From Octopus vulgaris (lineage: Eukaryota), in contig OX597830.1 of assembly GCA_951406725.2 (NCBI GenBank), positions 16,430,001 through 16,494,000 of the forward strand: a stretch of 64,000 nucleotides of DNA, given 5' to 3'. Of the stretch, positions 49,160 through 62,760 are shown piece by piece (within the stretch, counting starts at the first letter, position 1; each line of letters opens with the position of its first letter). The notes beneath the pieces are model-generated. The model searched no databases. It was not told where the DNA came from and worked only from the letters and a program-made list of their open reading frames with translations. Made by a program: the position numbers and the translations under genes.

Positions 49160-52100
49160 TTCGATTTCATTCCAATAAAACTTTATTATAAAAGAAAAAG
49201 GAGAAGGGACACAAGATAACAAAAACGTAAAAGACCATCTGCAAAACTGAATTGTGATTCTTGACAAACAGCTGGCATGTTGGGAGTTGGTGGTGGTGGT
49301 GGTGGTTGTAGTTGTAGTTGAGGTGGTGGTGGTGGTGAAGGTGGAGGTGGTGGTGGTGGTGGTGATAGACAATGAAATTACTTTATGGGATGTGATGAAA
49401 GAGTTGGGTAAGAATATTTCTGAACTGGAAATTGAAATTGAACTAAGATGCCAAAACGACTCAATACATGCTGGATATTCTATTAAATGAAATATTATAT
49501 TAATTATTTTATACTAATTACACTTGTTGTTGTCTATCTTTTATTTATTTTTAATGTCTTTGGTACAGTTAGTCCAATTCTAGATTAAATACTTTTAAGC
49601 TCTGCTGGTGGCAAAATAAACAGTTAGAAGAACAATGAAAAAGAAAAAAAAAAAAACAATTTGTAACATATAACAAAATATAACTTTGATGTATTTTGGG
49701 GAGGAAAATGGAATTAGGCTTTTATTTTGTTTTATTTTTTCATTTTAATCTAAATGGAGTAAGTTTTGTATATGAGGCTCTGAATTATAAATCATCTTCT
49801 TACGCAAGTTGATTTCCAGAAAGAAAAGACAGTAATGGAACATTTACCAAAGCCTAAATTGACATGGAACAATTACCATGTAGGAATTATCATCATCTAT
49901 GTTCTGAAACTAGGTAGCATACTCAAATGGAAGTGTTGTAGAAATATACCATCAATAAATAACTAACCCTGAGAACATTAAAAAAAAAAAAAAAATAATA
50001 ATAATAATAATAATAACCCTCTCTTACTGGGAGATGGTGAAGATAAAAACATTGGAAAGATTCATTCTTTAGAAATGTAATACAATTTCATGGAATTATT
50101 GAAATAGATATTTGTCTTTTGAATGGAAGAGAAAGATCAGGCAAAAAAAAAAAAAAAATGACACTGACAATAGATTTAATGAATTCGACAAGAATCTTGC
50201 ACAAGACTCATGAATAATGGTACTACTACATGTAGCTTTTTTTTTTCAGGTTTGTCTCAGACTGACAATAAATCTCAAAAGAATTGAATTGTATACAGTC
50301 TTGTATTAAATACATATATTTAATGCTAACATTACAAGAGAGCTTCTAGCTGACAATGTTAAGACTAGCCAGTGCAGGAGGACAACCACCGAAGAAAAAA
50401 AAAAAAAAAAAGATTGTCAAAACTGCCCTAGCCAGCAGTAGAATGGTAATGGGTTCACAAAAGACTGCATGTTGATCTTTTTTTTTTTTTCTTTCTTTCT
50501 TTCTTGAAACAATACAGGAGAAAATTTAACGGCACATCAAACAGCAGCAATATAATAAAATATTTTCCTTTTTTCTGTTTTTTAATATAAAATTTCAAAA
50601 ATCTTCCAGCAAGAAGAAAATATTTCTATTAAATATCCAATGAAAATGATTAAGCTAAGAGTCAACAAAATATTTTTGAATTTGATTTTAAGTTTGTTTC
50701 AGGACTGCATTGAGGAATAATAGAGAAATTGGTGGACACCGACACCAATTTTGATGTAATTAAGGCTTAGGCCAATGAGATTGTCACAATCCAAGGTAAG
50801 GGACCAAGGATCAGTTGAAAAAGGTATTTTGAAAAAAAAAAGGGGGGGGGTATGGAAAAATGCTTTGAGTGAAACATCTGAGAAGAATGGTGAAATATAA
50901 ACAGTGTAAATGCTTTTTTTTTTCTGTATCTTTTTTCCTGTTTTTCTCTTTTTTTTTCCCTCTTTTTTTCAAAAGATAGAATGAAATTTGGTTATTTTCC
51001 AAGATATCAAACTGTAAAATAGATGATTTAGCTGTATCAAACCTATAATACAGATCAACAAAATAAATATTCTAATAACTGAACTTCATGAGGTCATTTA
51101 GCAGTCAGAGGTGCCACATTTATACGTATGGTATAGTGTAATACAAATCTCTGTACAAATCTCTCACAAAGTCAGATTATTAAATCTGTTAGAATATACT
51201 TCCAAAAATCCATTTTCACATTTCTATAGAAGAGCAGTTAATAATAATAATAATAATGTAAACAAAACTACTCTCATATGTACAACACTGAATGAACTAT
51301 CCTCTCAAAATGGTCATCCTTTTTTTCTCTCTTTCTCTCTAAGTCTCACTTTATTATCCTAAATTTGATGAAAACATGACCCAAAAGAAAATATAGAAAA
51401 AAAAACTTCAAAAGACTCTGGATAAAGGCAATCAACTAATTAGAACTATATGTTTTAAAGGCACGTTCTAATGTATGCTCAAAGGAGATGTTTTGTTAGG
51501 TGAAGAATAAAAGCAAAAGGAAAAAAAAAAATCTTCAATTTTCGGAAATGTGTGTTTTATGAGATTAATGAATAGAAGATCCTAACGAAGCAATCTAGTG
51601 TTCGACAGAATTAAAAAGGAGATAAGAGTTGCATCGAAATAACTGCTCAAATGATAATGCAGTCAAAATCTTTTAAGCTGAAATATTTTTTCCTACATCC
51701 AATTTGTTTATCAATAAACTAATTGTAGGGGATTTTAGTTATGAGCAGACATTGAGAGAGATAAGAGTGAAGAGAGGTCGTTAAAAGGCTCTTAGTGACA
51801 GGCAGCTATTAGCAATTAATATTAAGATACTCAAGTAACCACAACTAGGACCAGATGACAACATGACTTTTGGATCCAAATTATTTTTTTATCTGCACCA
51901 AAAAAAAAAAAAAGAAAAAGTCAGGGTTAGCTGGTATATTTCACAAAGCTGATGGTGATATAAAGAGCTATAAATGCAAGCTCTAAAAATATTGGCATGA
52001 AACTACCTGTGGCAGAGTTGTCATCTTTTAGGGAGTATTATCTCATTAAATAAAACATTTTATCTGAACTTATAGTGTGGAGGTTTGTTCCTATATATGG

Positions 52101-53964
52101 GAGGAAAAAAAAATGTCTCACTGATGTGGACCAACTGTTAACTTAATTAGATGAATAAACTAAACTGCACAAATTACAATAAAATAAAACGAAGCTATAC
52201 ACTTCAAACCCAAAAACTGAATTTTTAGAATCTATCAAGAATTTCTTGTTCCATACGAAATTTTCACTGAATAATTAGATTCAGTCATTTCAGGATATTA
52301 AACAAAGATATCAGCTTAAAGATTATCACATCTTTGACAAATGAATGGATGATAAAGATTCTGGATTATTCTAATTCAAAAAAAAAAAACTTGTATTGGT
52401 TAGAGAAAATTAATGATTAAACTCAAGTAGAGCAATACTATTGGTTGATGAGAAAATTCAGAATGCTCAGACAATGTTAAAAAATTTTCTTAATTTTCTT
52501 TGACTATATAATTCTCCAATTAAATATGAATAATAGCAGTCAACAGGCTTTTTTTCAATTAGAAGAATCAGATGATTTTTTTATATAATCCAGGATTTAT
52601 TAGCAAATATATATATATATATACACATGTATATATATATACACACACACATATATATATAAAAGAAAAACACCAATCCTTACAGCAAGACAGCGATACA
52701 TAGTGATAAGACTAACTCTGATACTGGGCCTAAAATCTGTTTATAATTGAGTCAAACTTCACAGTTTAGGGATAATAATAATAATAATAATAATAATGCA
52801 ATTTTTCTTAATGATGGCAGGAAAGTGAAAACCAAAACAAAAATCTAATATTTATTTTTAAAAAATGGTGAACTACAATTAATTGGATGGTTTCAGATGC
52901 TAGCCAAAAATTAAATGTAAAATACACAGGTGGGAAATTTCTGAAGTTTCTTGTTTGAATCCTGAGGCCTTCACCATAGAATTATATTCATCTTGTATAA
53001 ACAAAATATAAATGCAATGCTTTGTAGGCTGTAGAGGGGAAGATATTCGAGATGATATTAAAGAAACCAGTTTAGTTTTCTTCAGATGAGGAAGAGGAGG
53101 AGGAGACACTTAGTAAGCTCTACAGAACAAATTAGTGAAGAAGAATGCTTACAAGTGCAAGCAAATTCCATGTGTAATCAATAAACAATCTCAGAGGTAA
53201 TTGCTTGACTGAGAAAATTTTATAAACACAAATGTTTGTTTGGTTTTTTTTAGACAGATTCTCAATTATAGAAAAGTAATTGAAAATCTGTCTACAAAAC
53301 AAACAAAAATTAAAAAGTGTTTCTTTTTCCTAGTTTTAAATTGAAATAAATCAACATTAATACACATGTTTTACACTTTGGAATTACTATATATGACAAG
53401 TGGGTAGGGTCAAAACACCACATTGCATAGCAATCAGGAATTAAAGAAACAAAAAAAAAAAAAAAAATATATATATATAATATACTAGGAGGAGAATGCA
53501 AATGTTGTTAAGATCTAGTAATTTGTTCAATAATCTGCAAACAAATATCAATTTATTTGTTCTAAAAATGTTAAGCAGTATAAAGCAATAAAAAAAAAAA
53601 AAAAAAACTCTGAAGCTGAGAGAAAGATGATAATAAAACAGCTAGGTAAAGTCAGCTTTTAGGGAAAGTAAAAATTTTAAACTTTTATTACAAAAGATTT
53701 CAAACAGAAACAACAAAGACAAAAATGGAAAAATTAATTAATTAATTAAAATTGAATATTTTTCTAACAGTAAATTGATAGAGCCATGTGTTAGGTCAAC
53801 ATAAAATCAAAGTTAGGTGTCAATAACTACCCAGTTTCTTAAGAGTTTAAATAAATCAGCGGTTAGTATGAGTAAGACTACTTCTAAAATATCAAAGTAC
53901 TTGACAAAGAAGTAATAAATATTCCTTTTTTTCCTTACTAGGCTAAATGATGATGATGATGGCG

Positions 53965-53998
<34 letters not shown>

Positions 53999-56079
53999 TG
54001 ATGATGATGATAAATTGTAGGGCTAAAAAGATCATATAACAAGTTTAGAATACAAAATTCTTTAAAGTGTAAACCTATGGAGCAGCTGTAGAATGCTGTG
54101 AAATAATTGTGAATACAGCAAAATTTGGAATTTCTGAAAGCAAATGAACAAGAGAGCTAAAACACTCCGATAATGATGTAGAATACATGTCTGTGTATTT
54201 GTATGCATGTGTGTGTGTGTGTGATTGTGTGTACATATAGACTTAAGACAATGGAAGAAGACTAATACACCTTGTTCATTATCTCTTTCTCAAATCTCTA
54301 TTCTTCCCCAAATTTTACTGATGACATTGAGTCACACTGAATGTTTTTATATAAATACTTGACAGCCAATGAAAAAGCATTTCATTTTTACATGTGTGAT
54401 GTCCCAAATAACGAAGGCAGTTTCAAAATAAAGACACCCAGTCTTTCTCTTGCCTGTCTCCAAATATTTTTATCTAACTGAAATCTGAAAAATAAATCAA
54501 GATCAAAATCACTTGAATGTTTTTTGCATGTAAAAAAAAAAAAAAAAAATTTAAATAAAACAGGTTTAAAAATACAAGAATAATAAAGATAATGGTAAGC
54601 AGAGTCTTATTTACAGAGGAGAAAATGGCAGAAACGAGAACCATAGAAAGATAAAGTCTTCTCTTTTGAAGGAGATATATGTTTGGTAAATAACATGAGA
54701 GATTGTTCTGCAGTGGAGGGCAATCATTTTACTTTACAGAACTTTCACTGACATTTCTATTTCAAGGCAACAGAGAACACTTGTTTGTAAGAAAATCAAG
54801 TTCTGTTTCAACTTGTTTCGTCACAAGAATTATTACAAGTTGGTGTGGAGAACTTGGTGAGCAGGGGGGGAGAAAAAAAAATATTTCTGATGTGTTTAAG
54901 CAGGGTTGAGGGGAAGAGAATGAGAGACGATTAGAAAATTAAATAAAATAGCTTACAGAAATATATAATGAAGCACAGGAAGTTTTGTAGAACCAAAATT
55001 TCTAGCTTTGTTTGTTGGATTTAATAAATAAATTCCTGTACAAAAAGAAATTATGTGTGTGTGTATGTTTGTGTATATGTGTGTATATATATAGCTATAT
55101 ATATATATATTCATACACACATATGTTTTCTCGCTTGTTGGGGATTATTTTTTGTTTTCTTTTCTGTTTAAACTCTACAACTAAATGAAACGAAACTTAC
55201 TGGATTGAGAAAAGAAAATGAAATTAATACATTTATCTCTCTTCAATCTGTAAATTGTATAGTGACCTTTTTCAATGATATAATCCTTAGCGTGGTATAT
55301 ATATGTAGACAGATGGATCATTTTACCCCAGCATCAAGGGAACATAATCCAGCAAACAGAGGTTCTGATGAAATCAATAGTTAACAGCAAAACAAATACA
55401 TCACTTAAAGTATATGTATCTCTCTCACATGCACACACATACATACAGACACTCACACGCATACACAGTTATTGGTTTGTTGGCAATAATGCTATAGGAT
55501 TAGAATGTGGAGCAATTACATACGTTATAGGAATCAGATAAAAAGCGAGACAGAGTATATCTTCTTTTTCTACTATCCTTGTCAAGCTTAATACAGCAAT
55601 GGAGGACTTTCCATCAATAATATTGCAGTAACTGCTCCTACTATTTTCTACTTTATCTGAAACCATTTTTGATCTTTTCTTTTTTCTTTGTTTTTTTTTC
55701 TTTGTTTTTTTTATCATTTCTAATCAACAGCTTCAGAGTAATGCTTTGTTTATAACCAGTCTTAAATGTTCCTCTTTTTTTTTTTTGTCTTTTTGTTTTC
55801 CAGACTTGATCAAGTTACTTTAAAATAAACAGGACTCAAGTTTACAAAGAGAGAGAGAAAGAGCGAAACAGAGAGAGAGAGAGAGAGAAGGAAAGAACAT
55901 AGACTACATTTTCAGTAAGAGAAGAGAGAGAGGGTCTTGTCAAATACATTCAGTCATTTTTTTTTTTTTAAATTTTTCTTCAAGTTAAATAAAGAATAAT
56001 ATCGTACTTCACTTTTTGCATATTATCAATATTTTAATATTCGTCTTTGATTCTTCAAACAGTCCAGTTAAACTATTTG

Positions 56080-56142
<63 letters not shown>

Positions 56143-56478
56143 TATTGCATGTATGTATGTGCATATGCATGCAAAGTATAAACTGAAAGAGTGGGGGGAG
56201 AGGGGGGCACAGGTGAGCAATGGATAGAAACCAGCAATTGTAGCATATATAAACACCATTGTCCATTTAGGTCCACCTACAGATAAACACTGTAGATCTG
56301 TTAGGTGTTGTATGTAAACATCAGCTAATGAAACTCAAGTGTGTGTGTGTGTATTGTTTCTTTGTTTTTGGAGGGGGCGGGGGGATTCCTAACATTTTGT
56401 TTTATGCCTTTATTTCATTTTGTTTTCAATTTTTTTTTTTATTTTTGCTCTTTCTTTTTTTTCTTTTTCTTTTTTTAA
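49160..56478 (-). other. Putative very long 3' UTR of the convergent gene
   Basis: I see no SINE, LINE or MITE between ~48640 and 56478, unlike the rest of the window. Many U-tracts on the sense strand; candidate AATAAA at 49187-49182 followed by U-rich sequence. Confidence 0.55.
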
Positions 56479-56598
56479 TTAGCATTTTTCAGCAGCCGAT
56501 GCTGTGTCCAACTTCATTTTCTTAGAATTATGCAAATCGTCCAAGTGGCTGTCTTCTCCATCTTGCTTATGCACAGAACCAGCACTACTGTTTGGCAT
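56479..56598 (-). CDS. Terminal coding exon of the convergent gene
   Basis: Acceptor tttctcctttttccag|; MPNSSAGSVHKQDGEDSHLDDLHNSKKMKLDTASAAEKC*; phase 0; KKMK is NLS-like. Too short for the ORF track. Confidence 0.82.
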   Translation of the reverse strand: MPNSSAGSVHKQDGEDSHLDDLHNSKKMKLDTASAAEKC

Positions 56599-56787
56599 CT
56601 GGAAAAAGGAGAAATAATATATATATAAATCATTGAAATCATCACTGTCACCACCCCCACCACTGCCATCAAATCAATACATTTTATTTAACCAAATAGT
56701 TCACAGAATATAAATACGCCACTGAAAGACAATTTACTGCAGTATTCATCCAAAGATAATATCTTATGAATGAGCTGATTTTCAAAA

Positions 56788-56847
<60 letters not shown>

Positions 56848-56870
56848 CCAAAGAGGGTACGGGCACCGCT

Positions 56871-57060
56871 ATATATATTACATGTAGAAAAATACAAACT
56901 GGGACAAGAAAGAAGACGATACAAAAAATAGGGACGGGACATTCGAAGCCTTCAATCAACTGAAGATTGAAGGCTTCGAATGTCCCGTCCCTGTTTTTTG
57001 TATCGTCTTCTAAATGTTTTACGTTCTTGTCCCGGTTTGTATTTTTCTACATATAATATA
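56871..57060. repeat. Near-perfect fold-back hairpin (~90-bp arms, 7-nt loop) in (TA)n, in the last intron of the - strand gene
   Basis: ...AGGGACGGGACATTCGAAGCCTTCAATC aactgaa GATTGAAGGCTTCGAATGTCCCGTCCCT... Confidence 0.9.
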
Positions 57061-57139
57061 TATATATATAACCAGAGGGAGACAAAAATCATCCTAATAG
57101 TGGCTACCAAGAATGCTAGATGCATTTCAGCCTAGATGG

Positions 57140-57642
57140 GCTTGAGACCCAGGAAGGCATGGAATGAGGTGGTCAAGCACAACCTTCGAACGTTGGGCCT
57201 CACAGAGGCAATGACGAAAGACCGAGACCTCTGGGGATATGCTGTGACTGCGAAGACCCGCCAAATGAAGTGAGTTCATGGCTCGCAGGACGGCCTGCTG
57301 TGCTTACCTTGGATCGTAGGGTGACCCGCTGTGCTTGAGGCGACCTTCTGAGTCAAGTACATCAACAACAAAATAAAAATCAAATGGAAATTGTAGTTGT
57401 GATACCCGTGCCGGTGGCACATAAAAAGCACCAACCGATCGTGGCCGTTGCAAGCCTCCTCTGGCCCCTGTGCCAGTGGCACATAAAAAGCACTCACTAC
57501 ACTCACGGAGTGGTTGGCGTTAGGAAGGGCATCCAGCTGTAGAAACACTACCAGATCAGACTGGAGCCTGGTGCAGCCTCCTGGCTTCCCAGTCGAACTG
57601 TCCTAGCATGGAAAACGGACATTAAATGATGGTGATGATGAT
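57140..57642 (+). mobile_element. RTE-like LINE 3' end (ORF end, 3' UTR and (GAT)n tail)
   Basis: RPRKAWNEVVKHNLRTLGLTEAMTKDRDLW... The same 3' UTR recurs at ~8955-9172(-), 25669-26105(-), 27155-27330(-), 29365-29660(+), 36365-36525(-), 36830-37045(+) and 47838-48050(-). Confidence 0.8.
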
Positions 57643-58652
57643 AATGTTTCTACTGCACATTAACAAACAATTTATAATTATCACCTATAAAGCAGGAAAT
57701 TTTTATCACTGTATAACCCATATAGTTTGATCCCCTATCAACATATATTGATTTGGGTCACTAGATCACATTCAGAAAATAAAACTGATAATGGTAGAAA
57801 TGAATCACTTTTTTTTTTCTATTTTTTCTTCTTTTATTCTTTTCAGCCAAGCAGCTTCATAGAAAATGGACATTAAATGATGATGATGATGATGACCATT
57901 TTTCAATATATTTTACACAGCAATTATAATAAATCTCCCGAGACACTCTTTTTCCCATATATCATAGTAAAAGTCAGTGTTTCATTGGTATTTCATTGGA
58001 ACTAATACTGTATGCAATAACAACCAAAGCTACCGAGATATTTCAAAGACTAATTTTGAAAGCTTTACCTGAAATCCATACAGCAAGTACAAATACATTT
58101 TGATGTTGTGTATGTAAGAGTAAGCGACACTGAGTCATACACAGTACTGGACTAATAGATTACAGATACTGAATTCAATTCTACTGCTGGTATTTGCTAC
58201 CAGTCTTTAGGCATTTTCAAACAGGTACTATATCAAGCCATCTAGAATTGTTACCTGGCATCGGCTGATAACCTTTCAAAGTGACAATGCATCCACCATT
58301 CACTCAAAACCTTCAAGTAAGCACCAGCCAGGGTTTGCAGTTATTAACAGAGAGCAAGATAGTGATATGAAGACCAATGGACATGTGTTTGTTTTACATT
58401 ATGTCATGGCATGAGCATAAAATATACTAAGTTCAGTGTAGAGAACAAATATCAAATTGTTTGAAAAAGTGAGTATTGTAAATTTTTTGGCAAGAAATAT
58501 CAAGCCAATGCCCTTATACGTATATATGTATATATATATATAAAGTATATACATATTATATATGTATATATTATATATATATATATATAATATATGTGTG
58601 TGTGTGTATATATATAAAGTATATACATATATATATACATATATATATAAAG

Positions 58653-58687
<35 letters not shown>

Positions 58688-59635
58688 AACACCGTAAAAA
58701 ACAGACACTTGGTTGATCTTACATGGGTCTAAATGTTTATAGGGGCAAATTCCCTACAAGCAGATGCCCTTACTATTGCCAACCACCAAATGTTTCCAAA
58801 CAAGGTAATACTCCTCCACAGCCAGACCTGTTCTTACAAAATGACACTGCTTTTATGACAGTGACACTCATTTACGACTACCGTGTGATGTCAAGACAAG
58901 GAGACACACACATGCAACAGGCTTCTTTCAGTTTCCATTTACCAAATCCCTTCACAAGGCTTTTGAAGGAATGTGTCCAAGGTGCCACACAGTGGGAGTG
59001 AACCTGAAACCATGTGGTCCAGAAACAAACACTTGATAAACCTATGTCAAGTTAAAGAATGGCTTCTTTTAATCTTTTTTTTTTTTGTTCTCTTCTTGCA
59101 AATTTAACAATCTTCATGTTGTTAGAACAACATTCCCTGACTGTCGCAGACCATTTTATCAGCCAAGCAGAGTGAAGCAAGTAAAATTATTTGCCTTGTC
59201 CAGGAAAAATACACAATAGCCAAGCAGGGCTTGAACTCCAGCAACTTAAAATCTTTGTGATTGAGCTTTCAAATGCTTTAAAAACACATTTTGTTAAGAG
59301 ACCACTTTTTAAAAATAAAGGGCTATTTAACGTTTTGTTGTTTTTTTTTTTCCAACTCTATTTAACTGTTTAACATTCAGATTTCTTTGTCAAATGTATT
59401 GCTTATTTATTCACATCACTTTGAATTAATCATACATTATCTCGCAGCTTCGAAATTTCAATGGAGTGTTTGTGTATATTTAGAAGGACATTGTAGGGTT
59501 GGATCTGATTAGTTTTAACATAAAACAGGTAGACTAGTTAGGCCAGGTACGGCCAGATTAAATGCTAAGGAGTTTAAATAACAATTCTGTTACCATATAT
59601 AAATACTCTTCTTAGTTAATACATTAAAATCTTAT

Positions 59636-59863
59636 TTAACACTTTCATTACTGTATTTATTTTGAGATGCTCTGTGTTTCTTTCAATTACTTTAAATATA
59701 ATAAAGAATTTAGTAAAATAACTTAGTTATCATTCAGCTAGTGTTAGGAGCATAAATTGTGACTAAGGTTTGGTGGAAGATTTTGATTCAAAACTTATGA
59801 AAACAAGACATTTGTACTGAGAGCCAGAGCCAGTTTCAGTCGGGTTGGTAACGAAAGGGTTAA
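59636..59863. mobile_element. piggyBac-like MITE family 1
   Basis: TTAA-flanked with the same internal sequence; ends 23 bp from an exon donor. Confidence 0.8.
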
Positions 59864-59886
59864 GCAAATCAAACATTACAACTTAC

Positions 59887-60209
59887 CACTATCGAGGAGA
59901 AAGAAGTTGTCCCAACGTCTCCACCTCCCATGGCTGCCATTTGAAGAACAGCTGCTGCTGCTGCAGCAGAATCTGAGACTACAGATTGACTTCTTCCTTG
60001 CGACAATAAAGAGTGTGTAGCCGATGGTGGCGCTGTGTTCACTACAACACTATTTGCAGTCTGGATTTGCTGAGCTGTTGCAGGTGGTGCAATCACATTA
60101 ACAGCGACTGCGGTGTATGGTGTTTTGTTCATACTTTTCACCATTGACACTTGGTTTGCAGCACTTGCTATTGTAGATCCTGTTGCGTTGCTTGCATTCA
60201 GAGTACCAT
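59887..60209 (-). CDS. Penultimate coding exon of the convergent gene (Ala/Thr/Ser/Val-rich)
   Basis: Acceptor cttgttcttccag|, donor GTG|GTAAGT; (D)GTLNASNATGSTIASAANQVSMV...AAAAAAVLQMAAMGGGDVGTTSFSSIV; phases 1 and 0 match both neighbours. Confidence 0.85.
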
Positions 60210-61474
60210 CTGGAAGAACAAGGGTAAGACAACAGTCAATTAAAACAGCAATTAGAAAAGCAAATCTTCTGTAAATTAACTTATAAATTATCATCTTTTA
60301 TCTTTTGTTTCAGACTGTGGCCAAGCTACAGTAGCGTCTTGAAGAATTTTAGTTAAATAAATTGACACTCATTTAAACCTAATACTTAATCTATCAGTCT
60401 CTTTAACTGAACTGCTACGTCATGGAGACATAAACACACCAGTTGACAAGCAGTGGTGAGGGACAAACACAGACACAAACACACACACATATACATACAC
60501 GATGGGCTTCTTTCAGTCTCCACCTACCAAATCCATTCAAATTTGGTCAGCCTGAAGCTATCAGAGAAACACTTGCTAAGGTGCCACACAAAGTGGGACC
60601 AAGTCCAGTGCCATGTGGCGGGAAGTACACCCACCTTATTTATCTTTCCAATTAATCTCTCAAAATACTCAAGATTTTAAAAACTTTGTTAGAATCAATT
60701 TTAAAGCAACTGTCAGTTTCCTAACGTAAACACACATTGATGTGAATTACATTTCCTCAAAGAATTTAAATATTTAATTATTAATCTGCTTATCTTTCAG
60801 TTTATTCTGCTTTGATCATGTTCAAATATGTGAATAAGAAAATTACAAAAAAAAAAAAAATTAGACAGGATTTCTAAAAATAGAATTTTGAATGAATTAA
60901 AATGGAAGTTATACTTAAAATGAAAAATAAAAATAATACCAAACACAATAAGGTGGAGAGATGATGGGTATCTAATTAAAAGTGTCAAATAAATGTGTGC
61001 TATCTTTTCTGAACTACTCAGCAATAGAAACTGCTATATAACGAGAAGTGAAGGTTAATGGCCAAGTAATTAGAAATTTGGACTTATGGTTGGGGCTTCA
61101 TCCTCACCCCTCAGTGTCTCACCAGCTGCATGGCAACCTCACTAGTGCTGGTGGTAGGAAAAAGAAAAATCACTCAGCACAAGCTGTAGAGCGGTTGGCA
61201 TTAGGAATGGTATCCAGCCATAAAAACCATGGCAAAGCAGACATTGTAGTACAATGCAGTCCTTGAATCCTTCAGATCCTGTTGAATCACCCAACCCATG
61301 CCAGCATGGAAAGCAAATGTTAAATGATTATGATCATCATCATTAGGTTACGGGTTTGATTCTCAGACTGGGTGGTACACATTTTCTTGAGTAAGACACA
61401 CTGCATTTCATATTGGTTCCAGTTCACTCAACAGGAAATGGAACGTCAGTGGTAGTTGGATGTTGATCCTATAA

Positions 61475-61845
61475 TCATCATCATTGTTTGACCATGGTCG
61501 AGACAATGGAATTTACCATGCTATGCCAGATTTCACGGTCCATCATGGCATTACGGAGGTCCTGTTGCTGGATGCCTGTATCCCTGGATTATACATCAGG
61601 GTAGGAGAGTGTGCGCCCTCTGGTATTGCGAGTAGATGGCTTCCAGAGGAGAAGAGGAGAAATTACCTCTTTTTCAGCTCTACAACAATGTCCAGCAAAC
61701 TGGACTCTCCTACCTTTCACAAGAGATGACACAGGTGGTAGTTTCCTATATATTTGCATTTTGGTTGGATGGCGCTTCCACGAGAGATTTTGAGCTCTCA
61801 TAAGGAGGCGAGTGTAGGTTCCATCCAACCGCCTCTCAAGCTCCT
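61475..61845 (-). mobile_element. RTE/RTE-X-like LINE 3' fragment
   Basis: LERRLDGTYTRLLMRAQNLSWKRHPT...RRVQFAGHCCR...LLLWKP; (GAT)n tail. Confidence 0.8.
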
Positions 61846-62420
61846 ATGACTGACTGGCATCCCATTCAGAGGGTGACCTGCACTCTCAATCACTTAAACA
61901 TCTCGGAAACCTTGAGGAGTTCCAGCTCCATGAGCCCCTAGGCTTGAAGCATACTTATGATTAAGACATGGAGATAAGACATTTCAAGAAAAACAGAGAA
62001 AGTTGAGAGGACAAAACATAGGAAAAGGAGGAAACGCAACAACTAGATTTTTGTGGCAAAATGGATGCGGAGTAATCTACAATAACAGAAAGCAAAACTT
62101 TGCCAAATAGATCAACTATCTTTGTAACATTTCTTGTTGCCAACATACACAATAGACACTTCATGTAAACCTAGATTAATATATATAGAGAGAGAGAACA
62201 TATAAAAGCAACTCCCTTATTAATCATTTTAAAAACAATAATAAATATGACACACAGCTTTAACCCTATAGCATTCAGGTTCTTCATTGTTTTGAATTAA
62301 CCATGCTTGTTTTGTGGCTTTGGAACTTCGATGATGTGATTGTTTGTGTTTAGAATGACATTGCAGGATAAATGTGAAAGGCTGAATCTGGCCATAAAAC
62401 AAGTAGAATATTTGGCAGGC

Positions 62421-62651
62421 TTAACCCTTTTGTGTTCAGATTACTCTGTTAAATGTAATACTTTTTTCCCCTCAAATTGTTTTGAATTAATCATACATTA
62501 TCTTACAGCTTTGAAGTTTCAATGGTGTGATTAGTTTATTCTTAGAATGTCAATGTAGGTTAGGTGTGAGGGGCTAGATATGGCCAGTTTGAATGTAAAA
62601 CATGTAGGATATTTGGGCCGGATATGGTCGGCTTAAACACCAAAGGGTTAA
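62421..62651. mobile_element. piggyBac-like MITE family 2 (second of a tandem pair starting ~62260)
   Basis: TTAA-CCCTTT...AAAGGG-TTAA; reverse orientation relative to the 47371 copy. Confidence 0.7.
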
Positions 62652-62760
62652 ATGATAAGGAGTTATTTTAGCTGAAGAGCTTGCATCTCAATGTCATCTG
62701 ATTTTATTTAAGACAAAAATAAGACAAATTTTTTTAAAAAAAAAAGGGGGGGGGGCTTAC

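Noticed and set aside
56274-56306. CAGUGU loop on the - strand resembling an iron-responsive element
   Set aside because: The five-base-pair upper stem and bulged C of a canonical IRE are not formed.
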